Made by a program: the position numbers and the translations under genes. Of a DNA stretch of 64,000 nucleotides, positions 8,971 to 19,023 are shown piece by piece. The number at the start of each line of letters is the position of its first letter. The stretch's first letter is position 1. The notes beneath the pieces are model-generated. The model was not told the DNA's origin, ran no database searches, and was given only the letters and a program-made list of their open reading frames with translations. The DNA is from Tagaea sp. (lineage in GTDB: Bacteria; Pseudomonadota; Alphaproteobacteria; CACIAM-22H2): contig CBDIIB010000002.1 of NCBI GenBank assembly GCA_965279525.1, positions 96,001 through 160,000 on the forward strand, given 5' to 3'.

Positions 8971-10389
8971 ATGACCGTCGATTCGCTGCTCAACGTGCCC
9001 TTGCGTGTCGTCAATCTGGGGCTCGAGAGTTTCGCGCGCGACCTGCAGGCGGCCGGCGTGCCGGTCGTCGACATCGACTGGCAGCCGCCCGCGCGCGGCG
9101 ATGCCGCCCGGGCGAGCCTGCTCGCCAAACTCGACCGGCTGCCGGCGATCGAGACGGCCAATGCCGCTGCCCTCGAGAAATTCCTCAAGGCCGACCCGGT
9201 CCTGATCGACGTGCGCCCGGCGGGCGACGTGCTGAAGGGCCTTGGCGACCGGATGATCCTGCATGCCGGCCCGCCGATCGGGTGGGACCGCATGTGCGGG
9301 CCGCTGCGCGGCGCCATCCAGGGCGCCATCGTGCTCGAAGGCTGGGCACCGGATCTTGACGCCGCCGACAAGCTCGCCGCGTCGGGCGGCATCCGCTTCG
9401 AGCCCAACCACCATTTCGATGCCGTCGGCCCGATGACCGGCATGATCACGCGCTCGATGCCGGTGATGATCGTCGAGAACCGCGCTTTCGGGAACCGCGC
9501 CTACTGCACGCTCAACGAGGGGCTGGGCAAGGTCATGCGCTTCGGCGGCAACGATGCCGACGTGCTGAAGCGCCTGCGCTGGCTCGCGAGCGATCTCGCC
9601 CCGGCAATCGCGGCGGCGCTGAAACTGTCGGGTGGCCTCGCGCTCAAGAACGTCATCGCGCGCGGCCTCACGATGGGCGACGAGATGCACCAGCGCAACG
9701 TCGCGTGCACCAGCCTGTTCGTGCGCGCGATGGCGCCGTGGCTGGCGCGTGCCGTGCCGGACAGCGCGAAGCTCGCCGGCGTCTACGAGTTCATCGGTGG
9801 CAACGACCAGTTCTTCCTCAACGTCGCGATGGCGATGGGCAAGTCGATCGCCGATCCGGCCAAGGGCCTCGCGAACTCGACGATCGTCACGGCGATGTGC
9901 CGCAACGGCACCGATTTCGGCATCCGCGTGGCGGCCACGGGCGACCGCTGGTATGTCGCCCCGGTCGAACAGCCCACCGGTCTCTATTTCCCGGGCTACA
10001 CCGCGGCCGACGCCAACCCCGACATCGGCGACAGCGCCATCGTCGAGACCGTCGGCCTCGGCGGATTCGCGATGGCGGCCTCGCCGGCCGTGGCGGGTTT
10101 CGTGGGCGCAGGGTCGGCAGCCGACGCGCTCGACATCACGCGTGCGATGTACGACATCGCGGTCGGCCGCAACCCCGACTGGACGATCCCCGGCCTCGAT
10201 TTCGCCGGCGTGCCGGTCGGCATCGACGTGCGCAAGGTCGTCGAGACAGGGATCGCGCCCACGATCAATACCGGCATCGCGCACTGCAAGCCCGGCATCG
10301 GCCAGGTCGGGGCCGGCACCGTCAAGGCGCCCTTGCGCTGCTTCGAGGAAGCACTCGCCGCCATCGCCAAGTCGATGGGGGTGGCGTGA
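8971..10389 (+). CDS. DUF1116 protein (YahG/YlbE-AllG family) with YahG-type N-terminal extension
   Basis: ILHAGPP, AVGPMTG, NEGLGKVMRFG, MGDEMHQRN, RNGTDFG, DIGDSAIVET, INTGIAH; N-terminal VVNLGLESFA..L...W.PP segment. Confidence 0.88.
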   Translation: MTVDSLLNVPLRVVNLGLESFARDLQAAGVPVVDIDWQPPARGDAARASLLAKLDRLPAIETANAAALEKFLKADPVLIDVRPAGDVLKGLGDRMILHAGPPIGWDRMCGPLRGAIQGAIVLEGWAPDLDAADKLAASGGIRFEPNHHFDAVGPMTGMITRSMPVMIVENRAFGNRAYCTLNEGLGKVMRFGGNDADVLKRLRWLASDLAPAIAAALKLSGGLALKNVIARGLTMGDEMHQRNVACTSLFVRAMAPWLARAVPDSAKLAGVYEFIGGNDQFFLNVAMAMGKSIADPAKGLANSTIVTAMCRNGTDFGIRVAATGDRWYVAPVEQPTGLYFPGYTAADANPDIGDSAIVETVGLGGFAMAASPAVAGFVGAGSAADALDITRAMYDIAVGRNPDWTIPGLDFAGVPVGIDVRKVVETGIAPTINTGIAHCKPGIGQVGAGTVKAPLRCFEEALAAIAKSMGVA

Positions 10390-11891
10390 TGTCGAACGTC
10401 GCCAACCGCGTCCGCAAGGGCTTCTATCTCGACTCTGTCGCGTTGATGCGCCTGTCGCAGACGCTGTCCGCACTTCCGGGCGTGACGTCGGCGGCACTGA
10501 TGATCGGCACGCCGACCAACGTGCGCATCATGGACGATGCGGGCCTGCTCGACGACACGGGCCGCAAGGCAGGCGCCAACGACCTGATCGTCGCGGTCAA
10601 GGCGGCGGACGCTGCCAGTGCCGCGGCCGCCCTCGACGAGGCGGATGCGCTGCTCGCGCGCCCGAACGTGGCGCAGCGGAGTACTGGCGAGCGTCGGCCG
10701 CGTTCGCTCGATGCGGCCATCGCGGGTCTGGGTGGGGCGAGCCTCGCCCTCATCTCGGTGCCGGGCGCGTTCGCGGCGGCCGAGGCGCGCAAGGCGCTGA
10801 CGCGCGGGCTGCATGCGATGATCTTCTCCGACAATGTCAGTTACGAGGACGAGCTTGCGCTGAAGCTCGAGGCGCGCGCGCGCGGGCTCCTGGTGATGGG
10901 GCCGGACTGCGGCACGGCGATGATCGCCGGCACGCCGCTCGCCTTCGCCAACCAGGTGCCCAAGGGCGACATCGGCATCATCGCGGCGGCTGGAACGGGC
11001 CTGCAGGAGGTCGCCTGCCTGATCGCGCGCGGCGGGGCGGGCGTGTCGCACGGCATCGGCACCGGCGGGCGCGACCTTTCGGAAAAGATCGGCGGCCTCA
11101 CGACCCTTTCGGCGATCGACGCGCTCGAAGCCGACCCCGCCACACGCCATATCGTCATCGTCTCGAAACCGCCGGCCAAGGCGGTCGCCGACGCCGTCCT
11201 CGCGCGCGTGGGCCGCAGCCCCAAGCGCTTCACGATCTGCTTCCTGGGTGCCGACGGCACGGGCATGCCGGCCAACGCGCGCTTCGCTCCCACGCTCGCC
11301 GCGGCCGCCGCCGACGCGCTCGGCGGGACAGGCGTGGATTCGAGCTACGATGTGGATGCGCGCGCGGCCGAGGCGCGCGAGCAGCTTGCACCTGCGCGCC
11401 GCTGGGTGCGCGGCATCTACAGCGGCGGCACGCTGTGCGCCGAGGCCCAGCTCGTCATGCGCGGGGCCGACGAGGCCTTCTGGTCGAACGCGCCCGTTCC
11501 TGGCGCACTTCCTCAGCGGCCGGCGTCGGGCCACAGTTTCATCGACTATGGTGCCGACGAATACACGGTCGGCCGCCCGCATCCGATGATCGATCCCACG
11601 GTGCGCGATGCCGCGATGGCGCAGGCACTGGAAGAATCGGGCGTGGCGGTCGTGCTGATCGACATCGTCATCGGCTTCGGCGCGCACGCCGATCCGGCAG
11701 GTGCTGCCGCCCGCGTCGTGGGCGGGGCAGGCGAGAGCCGGCCGGCGGTCGTCGCCTCGGTCGTCGGCACCGATTTCGATCCCCAGCACCGGGCAAGCCA
11801 GGTCCGCAAGCTCGAACAGGCGGGCATCCTCGTTGCCCCCTCCAACGCGCGCGCGGCGGAACTGGCGCTGGCGATCTCACGCCTGCGCTAG
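10389..11891 (+). CDS. fdrA: FdrA/YahF (AllF)-family acyl-CoA-synthetase-like protein
   Basis: FYLDSVALM, ISVPGAFA, MIFSDNV, VMGPDCGT, GTGGRDLS, SGGTLCAE, YTVGRPHPMIDP; TGATG coupling to the upstream gene. Confidence 0.88.
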   Translation: MSNVANRVRKGFYLDSVALMRLSQTLSALPGVTSAALMIGTPTNVRIMDDAGLLDDTGRKAGANDLIVAVKAADAASAAAALDEADALLARPNVAQRSTGERRPRSLDAAIAGLGGASLALISVPGAFAAAEARKALTRGLHAMIFSDNVSYEDELALKLEARARGLLVMGPDCGTAMIAGTPLAFANQVPKGDIGIIAAAGTGLQEVACLIARGGAGVSHGIGTGGRDLSEKIGGLTTLSAIDALEADPATRHIVIVSKPPAKAVADAVLARVGRSPKRFTICFLGADGTGMPANARFAPTLAAAAADALGGTGVDSSYDVDARAAEAREQLAPARRWVRGIYSGGTLCAEAQLVMRGADEAFWSNAPVPGALPQRPASGHSFIDYGADEYTVGRPHPMIDPTVRDAAMAQALEESGVAVVLIDIVIGFGAHADPAGAAARVVGGAGESRPAVVASVVGTDFDPQHRASQVRKLEQAGILVAPSNARAAELALAISRLR

Positions 11892-12668
11892 GACCGCGAC
11901 GGCGCCTGCAAGCGCGTCCCAGCCCGAGCTGTGGCCGATCGCGTCGATCGCGGCGAGATCGGGTATTGCGCCTTGCGCCAGTGCCGCAAGGGCGGCGTGC
12001 AGGGCGGCCGATCCTTCGCCGCGCGCCGCCGCGCGCAGATGCGCCCAGGCGATTTCACCGGTCGCCGAAGGTGCCGCCGTTTCGAGCCAGACGGCGAGCC
12101 GGTCAGCTTGTTCCGTGCGTCCGATCGCGCGCAGTGCTATCGCGGCCCCGCCCAGCGCGTCGTCGCCGGCAGGCGTCAGGCCCGGGCCGAGCCCGATCAA
12201 TTGCGCGAGTGCCGGTGGCGGCGGTCCGCCGATCCAGTCGCGCAAGGCCAGCAGCGGGCCGATGGATGCCGCGATGAACGGATCGGGACTGTCGTAAGGC
12301 GAGCCGAGGATCGCCGGGATGGCGCTCGCTAGGCCGCGCGGGCCGGCTGCGGCGATCGCGGCCAGTCGCGCCCGCAGCCCTTCCCGGCGCCACGGCCCGG
12401 CTGGTGGCGGGCGCCAGCGGACCAGCCGTTTCCGGTCGAAACGCCCGGGATCCAGCGTTGTTCCGATAGACGGGATCGTGGGCGGGCGCTCACCAAGCGC
12501 GTTCAGCGGGCCGTCGCCAAGGCCCCGGCCGCCGATGCAGGCGAGCTGGCCTGCTCCGTCGCGGACATAGAAGCTCCGCGCGAAGGCGGCGACGACCGTC
12601 AGCGGCCCGCCGCCGGACAGCGCCGTTTCAGCATCGCGCCCGGCGCTGACGAGGTGGATCGGCTCCAT
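11877..12668 (-). CDS. DUF2877 protein (YahE/YlbF-AllH family)
   Basis: Signature LIGLGPGLTPAGDD and C-terminal IGHSSGWDALAG. Confidence 0.85.
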   Translation of the reverse strand: MEPIHLVSAGRDAETALSGGGPLTVVAAFARSFYVRDGAGQLACIGGRGLGDGPLNALGERPPTIPSIGTTLDPGRFDRKRLVRWRPPPAGPWRREGLRARLAAIAAAGPRGLASAIPAILGSPYDSPDPFIAASIGPLLALRDWIGGPPPPALAQLIGLGPGLTPAGDDALGGAAIALRAIGRTEQADRLAVWLETAAPSATGEIAWAHLRAAARGEGSAALHAALAALAQGAIPDLAAIDAIGHSSGWDALAGAVAVLAQA

Positions 12669-12748
12669 GCGGCGGGCATTCTAGTCCGATTGCGCCCGGC
12701 CGCACGATTTGCCAGAGTCCGGGTCCGAGTTTCCAAGGGGTGCCAAAG

Positions 12749-15070
12749 ATGAGTCATTTCGGCAAGGCCCAGACGCCGCGTCGCGTGGAAGATGCCCGCC
12801 TTCTGAAGGGGGCCGGCCGCTATCTCGACGATTTCGTCCTTGCCCGGCAGACCTACGCCGCGTTCGTGCGCAGTCCGCACGGCCATGCCGACATCCGCTC
12901 GATCGACACCGCCGCTGCCATGGCGATGCCCGGCGTGTTCGGCGTGTTCACCGGCGACGATCTCGCCAAGGCCGGCGTGGGCAACGTGCCCTGCATGGCG
13001 CCCCTCAAGAACCGCGACGGCACCACGGTCAAGACACCCGACCGGCCCGCACTTGCACGCGGCCGCGTGCGGTTCGCCGGCGAGGCGGTCGCCCTCGTCG
13101 TCGCCGACACCCCGGAAAACGCGCGCGATGCGGCCGAAGCCGTCGCGATCGACTATGCCCCGCTGCCCGCATCGGGCGACCTGCGCGCCGCGATCCAGCC
13201 CGGCGCCCCGCAGGTGTGGGACCACGTCAAGGGCAACGTCGCGTTCGACTGGGTCATCGGCGACGAGGCCAAGACCAAGGCGCTGTTCGCCAAGGCCGCG
13301 CATGTCGTCGAACTCGACATCGTCAATAACCGCCTCGTGCCCAACTCGATGGAGCCGCGCGGCGCCATCGCCGACTATGCGCGCGGCGAAGACCGCCTGA
13401 CGCTCTATTGCAGCACGCAGGGCGGTTACGGCATGCGCAAGGTGATCGCCGGCGAGATCTTCAAGATCCCCGAGAGCAAGCTGCGCGTCGTCACCGGCGA
13501 TGTCGGCGGCGGTTTCGGCATGAAGATCTTCGTCTTTCCGGAATACGTCGCGTGCCTGCATGCCGCGCGCGTGCTCGAGCGTCCGGTGCGCTGGATTTCC
13601 GACCGCAGCGAGGCGTTCCTTGCCGACACGCACGGGCGCGACAACATCGCCAAGGCGCGCGTCGCGGTCGACGCGAACGGCAAGATGTCGGCAATCCACG
13701 TGTCGACCTACGCCAATCTCGGCGCCTATTGCTCGCAGTACAGCACCTTCGTGGCGACCGGTGCCGGCAATTCGATGCTGGTCGGCGTCTACGCGTTCGA
13801 GGCGGCGATCGCCGAGGTAAAGGGCGTCTATTCGAACACCGCACCCGTTGACGCGTTCCGCGGCGCCGGTCGCCCCGAGGCAAACTATGTCGTCGAGCGG
13901 ATGATCGACGCGGTCGGCAAGAAGCTGGGGATCGCCCCCGACGAGATCCGCCGGCGCAACTTCATCCCGCCCTCGGCGATGCCGTACAAGACGGCGCTGG
14001 GCAACACCTACGACAGCGGCCATTACGTGCAGAATCTCGACGATGCGGTCGCGCGCGCCGACGTGAAGGGCTTCGAGGCGCGCCGCGAGGCGTCCAAGAA
14101 GGCCGGCAAGCTGCGCGGGCTTGGCATCGCGATGTACACCGAGATCTGCGGCGGCGGCGGCGACGAGACGGCGAACATCCAGTTCGACCCGTCGGGCGGG
14201 GCCATCGTCAAGGTCGGCAACCAGTCGAACGGGCAGGGCCACGAGACGGCCTATGCCCAGCTCGTCGCCGAGCATCTCGGCATCCCGATGGACAAGGTGC
14301 GCGTCATCCAGGGCGACACCGACGTGACGATCTACAGCGGCATGACCGGCGGCAGCCGCGCGCTTGCGGTGACGGGTTCGGCCGTGACGCTCGCGGTCAA
14401 GGACGTGATCGCGCGCGGGCGCAAGCTTGCCGCCCACCTGATGGAGGCTGCCGAAGCCGACATCGAGTTCGCCGACGGCACGTTCAAGGTAGCCGGAACC
14501 GACAAGCAGCTGACGGTCAAGGATCTGGCCTACAACGCGCACAACAAGGCCAAGCTGCCGGCCGACCAGCCGGTGGGCCTCCAGGGCGACGGCACGTTCC
14601 TGCCGCCGGGCGCCACGTTCCCGAACGGCTGTCACATCGCCGAGATCGAGATCGATCCGGATACTGGTGCCGTCAGTTTCCAGCGCTACACGATCGTCGA
14701 CGATTTCGGCAACGTGATGAATCCGATGATGCTCGAAGGCCAGGTGCACGGCGGCACGATCCAGGGCATCGGCCAAGCGCTCTACGAGAACTGCGCCTAC
14801 GATCCCGAGACAGGCCAGCTGCTGTCGGGCTCGTACATGGACTATGCGATGCCGCGCGCCGACCGGATGCCGACGATCGACTTCTCGTACAACGAGGTGC
14901 CGTGCAAGAACAACCCGCTGGGCGTCAAGGGTGCGGGCGAAGCGGGCACGATCGGCGCACCGCCGGCGGTCATCCATGCGGTGCTCGACGCGCTGAAGCC
15001 ATATGGTGTGGCGCATATCGACATGCCGGCCACGCCGCAGAAGATCTGGTCGCTGATCCACAAGGCCTGA
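12749..15070 (+). CDS. Xanthine dehydrogenase-family molybdopterin-binding large subunit (CoxL form II-like)
   Basis: [56 protein letters not shown]. Confidence 0.9.
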   Translation: MSHFGKAQTPRRVEDARLLKGAGRYLDDFVLARQTYAAFVRSPHGHADIRSIDTAAAMAMPGVFGVFTGDDLAKAGVGNVPCMAPLKNRDGTTVKTPDRPALARGRVRFAGEAVALVVADTPENARDAAEAVAIDYAPLPASGDLRAAIQPGAPQVWDHVKGNVAFDWVIGDEAKTKALFAKAAHVVELDIVNNRLVPNSMEPRGAIADYARGEDRLTLYCSTQGGYGMRKVIAGEIFKIPESKLRVVTGDVGGGFGMKIFVFPEYVACLHAARVLERPVRWISDRSEAFLADTHGRDNIAKARVAVDANGKMSAIHVSTYANLGAYCSQYSTFVATGAGNSMLVGVYAFEAAIAEVKGVYSNTAPVDAFRGAGRPEANYVVERMIDAVGKKLGIAPDEIRRRNFIPPSAMPYKTALGNTYDSGHYVQNLDDAVARADVKGFEARREASKKAGKLRGLGIAMYTEICGGGGDETANIQFDPSGGAIVKVGNQSNGQGHETAYAQLVAEHLGIPMDKVRVIQGDTDVTIYSGMTGGSRALAVTGSAVTLAVKDVIARGRKLAAHLMEAAEADIEFADGTFKVAGTDKQLTVKDLAYNAHNKAKLPADQPVGLQGDGTFLPPGATFPNGCHIAEIEIDPDTGAVSFQRYTIVDDFGNVMNPMMLEGQVHGGTIQGIGQALYENCAYDPETGQLLSGSYMDYAMPRADRMPTIDFSYNEVPCKNNPLGVKGAGEAGTIGAPPAVIHAVLDALKPYGVAHIDMPATPQKIWSLIHKA

Positions 15071-15074
15071 TCCC

Positions 15075-15989
15075 ATGGCAGCACCGCCCGACCTCGCGGT
15101 TTCGCCGGAGGTCGCGGCGGCGCTGGCGGCGAGCGCTCCGGTGGTGGCGCTCGAATCCACCATCGTCGCGCACGGCATGCCGTGGCCGCGAAATCTGGAA
15201 ACCGCACGGGCGCTGGAGTCCGAAGTGCGCGCGCAAGGTGCCGTCCCGGCGACCATCGCGGTCCTCGACGGGCGGCTATGCGTGGGGCTGGACGCCGCCG
15301 CCCTCGAACGGCTCGCGACCGACAAGGAAATCTCGAAGGTCTCGCGGCGCGATCTCGCGGCCCTCGTCGCGGGGCGCGGCAGCGGTGCCACGACCGTCGC
15401 GGCGACGATGGCGATCGCGGCGATGGCGGGGATCCGGATCTTCGCCACCGGCGGGATTGGCGGCGTGCATCGCGGCGTCGAGGCCACGATGGATGTATCG
15501 GCCGATCTCTACGAGCTTGGCCGCACGCCTGTGGCAGTGGTGTGCGCGGGTGCCAAATCCATCCTCGACATCCCCCGGACACTCGAACTTCTCGAAAGCC
15601 TCGGCGTTCCGGTCCTCGGCTACCGGACTGGCGATTTCCCTGCCTTCTATGCGCGCAGCAGCGGCCGGCCGGTCGACCGGCGCTGCGAGTCCGCCGGCGA
15701 GATCGCCGCATTGCTGGATGCGCAATTCCGCCTGGGTCTCGGTGGCGTATTGGTCGCCAACCCGATCCCGCCCGAACACGCCCTCGACGCGGCTACGATG
15801 GAAGGCACGATCGCCGAGGCGATCCGCGCGGCCGAGGCCGGGGGAATCGGCGGGCAGGCGCTGACGCCTTATCTGCTGGACCGCCTCAATGCGGTCACCA
15901 AAGGCGCAAGTCTTGCGGCGAACATCGCGCTTGCCCGGAACAATGCGCGGCTGGCGGGCGAGATTGCCGCCGCCTTCGCCCGGCTCTAG
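15075..15989 (+). CDS. psuG: Pseudouridine-5'-phosphate glycosidase
   Basis: PVVALESTI..HGMPWP, KVSRRD, ATTVAATM, FATGGIGGVHRG, DVSADL, GAKSILD. Confidence 0.95.
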   Translation: MAAPPDLAVSPEVAAALAASAPVVALESTIVAHGMPWPRNLETARALESEVRAQGAVPATIAVLDGRLCVGLDAAALERLATDKEISKVSRRDLAALVAGRGSGATTVAATMAIAAMAGIRIFATGGIGGVHRGVEATMDVSADLYELGRTPVAVVCAGAKSILDIPRTLELLESLGVPVLGYRTGDFPAFYARSSGRPVDRRCESAGEIAALLDAQFRLGLGGVLVANPIPPEHALDAATMEGTIAEAIRAAEAGGIGGQALTPYLLDRLNAVTKGASLAANIALARNNARLAGEIAAAFARL

Positions 15990-16402
15990 TCGATCTCGAT
16001 CGCACCGCGATTGGCCTTGATCGTCGAGCGGGCTGCCTTCGACGCGAGGCGCCGGCGCTTCGATCCCTTGGACGGACGGGTCGGCTTGCGGGCTTTGGGC
16101 CGGTGCAGGGCCATGCGCAGCAGCGTGGCGAGCTTTTCGAGCGCGTCCTTGCGGTTCATTTCCTGTGTGCGGTGGCGCGAGGCGTCGATCAGCAGCAGGC
16201 TTGCCCCCGACACGCGCCGGCCGGCGATGGTCCGCAGGCGCTCGATGAACTCGGGCGCCACGCGCAGGCGGCCCAGATCGATGCGCAGCTCGACGGCGGT
16301 CGAGACCTTGTTCACGTTCTGGCCACCCGGCCCGCTGGCGCGCACGAAGCGCCAGTCGAGATCGCGGTCGTCAAGGTCGAGTTCGGGAATCACGCGCGGC
16401 AT
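15986..16402 (-). CDS. arfB: Alternative ribosome-rescue peptidyl-tRNA hydrolase ArfB (YaeJ)
   Basis: RASGPGGQNVNKVSTAVEL with GGQ motif; basic C-terminal tail RKPTRPSKGSKRRRL. Confidence 0.93.
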   Translation of the reverse strand: MPRVIPELDLDDRDLDWRFVRASGPGGQNVNKVSTAVELRIDLGRLRVAPEFIERLRTIAGRRVSGASLLLIDASRHRTQEMNRKDALEKLATLLRMALHRPKARKPTRPSKGSKRRRLASKAARSTIKANRGAIEID

Positions 16403-16462
16403 GGCTGGCGGCACAGTCGCCCGACTTGCGCCTGCGGGCAAGCGGGTTTAGGAGTGCGGCCC

Positions 16463-17410
16463 ATGTCCGGGGTCTCGTTCGTCTGCACGGTCTACAACAA
16501 GGAGAAGTTCCTGCCCGCGGTGATCGCCGCGATCTGGCGGCAGGTTCCCGACCGTCCGCGCGAATTCATCTTCGTCGACGACGGCAGCCGCGATGGCTCG
16601 GTCGCCATCGTGCGCGAGCTGACGAAGGACTGGCCCAACTGCCGGATCGTCGAGCAGCCCAACGGCGGCCCGTCGTCGTCGACGAACACCGGGATCGGCC
16701 TTGCCACGCAGACCTGGCTGAAGCTCGTCGGCTCGGACGACGTGCTCGCCCCCTACGCCACGCGCCGGCTGATCGAGGTCGCCGAAGCGACGGGTGCCGG
16801 CGGCGTGTTCGCGAAGATCGGCTTCTACCGCGATGAATCCGAAATCCGCTTCGACGAAGCGGCCGCCGACGCGACACAAGCCGTCGTGCCCACCGATGCG
16901 GTCTGCGAAGTGATCCGCCACGGCGTATCGGGCACCTCGCCCACGCTGTTCCTTACCGAAACGGTCAAGCGGGCCGGCGGCTGCGATCCCGACGTGTTCG
17001 TCGAGGATTTTGCACTTGCGCTGCGCGTGGCGCGGCTTGCCCCGATCGCACGCTTCGACCATGTCGTCACGTGGGGACCGGCAGCCGACGAAACGCGCAT
17101 CATGGTCGGCCAGGGCCATCAGGCGCACCACGATTTCGCGCTGGCACTCGTGCATTTCCTGCGTGCACACCCAGAAATGGCGGCGCGTTACGGCCATCTC
17201 GCCTTCCGCCGTGCGGCCGGGCGGGCGTGGAAATACGCGCGCCGGGCGGCGGGGCTCGGCTGGACCTCGCGCTATCCGTGGCTTAACCTGCGCGCCTATT
17301 TCGGTCCGCCCGGCCATCCGGCCGACGCCATCGCGCGCACGATGGATGTCTATGCCCGCGGTGCCGGACCTGCCGCCAAGCCGATCATCCGCGTGGGAGC
17401 CAGGCGTTGA
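16463..17410 (+). CDS. GT2-family glycosyltransferase
   Basis: VSFVCTVYN, EFIFVDDGSRDGS, NGGPS, GSDD, EDF; SD-like AGGAG upstream. Confidence 0.85.
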   Translation: MSGVSFVCTVYNKEKFLPAVIAAIWRQVPDRPREFIFVDDGSRDGSVAIVRELTKDWPNCRIVEQPNGGPSSSTNTGIGLATQTWLKLVGSDDVLAPYATRRLIEVAEATGAGGVFAKIGFYRDESEIRFDEAAADATQAVVPTDAVCEVIRHGVSGTSPTLFLTETVKRAGGCDPDVFVEDFALALRVARLAPIARFDHVVTWGPAADETRIMVGQGHQAHHDFALALVHFLRAHPEMAARYGHLAFRRAAGRAWKYARRAAGLGWTSRYPWLNLRAYFGPPGHPADAIARTMDVYARGAGPAAKPIIRVGARR

Positions 17411-19023
17411 AGCCGCGTTCGCGCCGGGCTCCCGGCATCTTCGCGATCCTGCTGGCGATGGCGTTCGTCAACCAGCTCTTCTCGTCGGGCGATTTCGTCG
17501 AGCAGCGGCTCCAGCTCCTGCCGTCGGCGGTGTCGCTGGAGCTTGTCCTGCTGCTGGTCCTTTTCGCCGTCGTCGCGCGCGAGCCGCGCCCGCCGGAATT
17601 CGCACTCTGGCTTGGCGCGATCGTCGGCCTTGCGGTCTTCGTCCTGCGCGCGCTCGGCATCGCGATCCCGTGGTTCTTCGGCCGCGATCTCAACGTGGCG
17701 GTGGATTCGCGCTTCGTGCCGGTGTTCGTGAAGCTGCTCTACGAGGCGACGCCGCCGGTCGAATTCGGCCTGCTCGTTGCCGGCATGGCGCTCGCACTCC
17801 TGCTGGCGCTGGCTGGCGTACGCGTGGCCCTTGGCACGCTGTGGCGGGCCATGGCGCTGCGCGGCTGGGCGGGACTTGCGCTCGGATTCGCCGCCCTCGT
17901 CGCCGGCTGGTGGACGATGCCGAAGGCGCCGTCCTCGCCCGATCCGCGCCCGCCCGTTTCGGTCGATGCGGGCAGGGCCGTTTTCGCGGCAGCCGATTCG
18001 GTCCTCCGCGCCGAGGGCCTGCGCGGCGAGCATCGGGCCCGGATCGATGCCGCACAGGCAGCATTGCCGGCGCGCAGCGACTTCGCACCACTTGCCGGGC
18101 GCAGCGTCGTGCTGGTCTTCATCGAATCTTACGGGGCCGTGACCGCACGCGAAGCGACCTTTGCCGCAGCGCTCGATCCGCTGCGTGCGCGCCTCGATGC
18201 GAGTCTCGAAACCGCCGGCTTCGCGCGCGCGACCGGCCTGCTGCGCTCGCCGATCACCGGCGGCGGTTCGTGGATGGCACACGGAACGATGCTGGCGGGC
18301 GTACGGCTTGCCGCACAGGACGCCTATGAAGTGATGCTCGTTTCCGACGTGCGCACGCTCGCCCACCGATTCGCGCAGGCCGGCTACCGCACGCTGGCAT
18401 TGATGCCGCGCATCGACCAGCCTTGGCCCGAGGGCAGGCTCCTCGGCTTCGGTACGATCCGCATCCAGCCTGATCTCGAATATCGCGGCCCCCGGTTCGC
18501 GTGGGAGTCGCTGCCCGACCAGTGGGTTCTCGACCGTTTCGCGCGCACCGAGCTGAAGCCGGCCCCGCTCTTTGCCAAGATCGTTCTCGCCTCCAGCCAT
18601 ACGCCGTTCGAACGCATCCCCGCGTTCGTCGAGGACTGGTCGAAGCTCGCTTCGGAACGGGCCTATGACGGCCTGCCGGTCAAGGAATTCCCGGTCCGTC
18701 GCGGACAGGTGTTCGAGCAGGACGAAGCCTATGTCGCCGCCGTCGCCTATTCGCTCGAATCGGCCATCCGCTTCGCCACCGACCGCACCGATGACGACAC
18801 GCTGTTCATCGTGGTGGGCGACCACCAGCCGCCGCTGACGACCGCACGGCGGACAGGCGACTTCTCGGTGCCGATCCATGTATTCTCGCGCGCGTCCGAA
18901 CTGATCGCGCCGTTCATGCGGCGCGGCTATTTGCCGGGCCTGCAACCACCGCCCGGCATCGCCGCACGCGGCATGGAGGACTTCCTGAAGGACTTTCTCG
19001 CGGATTTCGGCGGCGTGCCATGA
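17407..19023 (+). CDS. Membrane-anchored sulfatase / alkaline-phosphatase-superfamily (LTA-synthase-like) protein
   Basis: About 5 N-terminal TM helices, then VFIESYG, SPITGGGSWMAH, SSHTPF and GDHQP metal-ligand motifs. Confidence 0.75.
   Translation: MKPRSRRAPGIFAILLAMAFVNQLFSSGDFVEQRLQLLPSAVSLELVLLLVLFAVVAREPRPPEFALWLGAIVGLAVFVLRALGIAIPWFFGRDLNVAVDSRFVPVFVKLLYEATPPVEFGLLVAGMALALLLALAGVRVALGTLWRAMALRGWAGLALGFAALVAGWWTMPKAPSSPDPRPPVSVDAGRAVFAAADSVLRAEGLRGEHRARIDAAQAALPARSDFAPLAGRSVVLVFIESYGAVTAREATFAAALDPLRARLDASLETAGFARATGLLRSPITGGGSWMAHGTMLAGVRLAAQDAYEVMLVSDVRTLAHRFAQAGYRTLALMPRIDQPWPEGRLLGFGTIRIQPDLEYRGPRFAWESLPDQWVLDRFARTELKPAPLFAKIVLASSHTPFERIPAFVEDWSKLASERAYDGLPVKEFPVRRGQVFEQDEAYVAAVAYSLESAIRFATDRTDDDTLFIVVGDHQPPLTTARRTGDFSVPIHVFSRASELIAPFMRRGYLPGLQPPPGIAARGMEDFLKDFLADFGGVP

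Noticed and set aside
12749-15070. Aerobic CO dehydrogenase (form I CoxL)
   Set aside because: The active-site loop is AFRGAGR, lacking the Cu-binding Cys, and no cox accessory genes are present.
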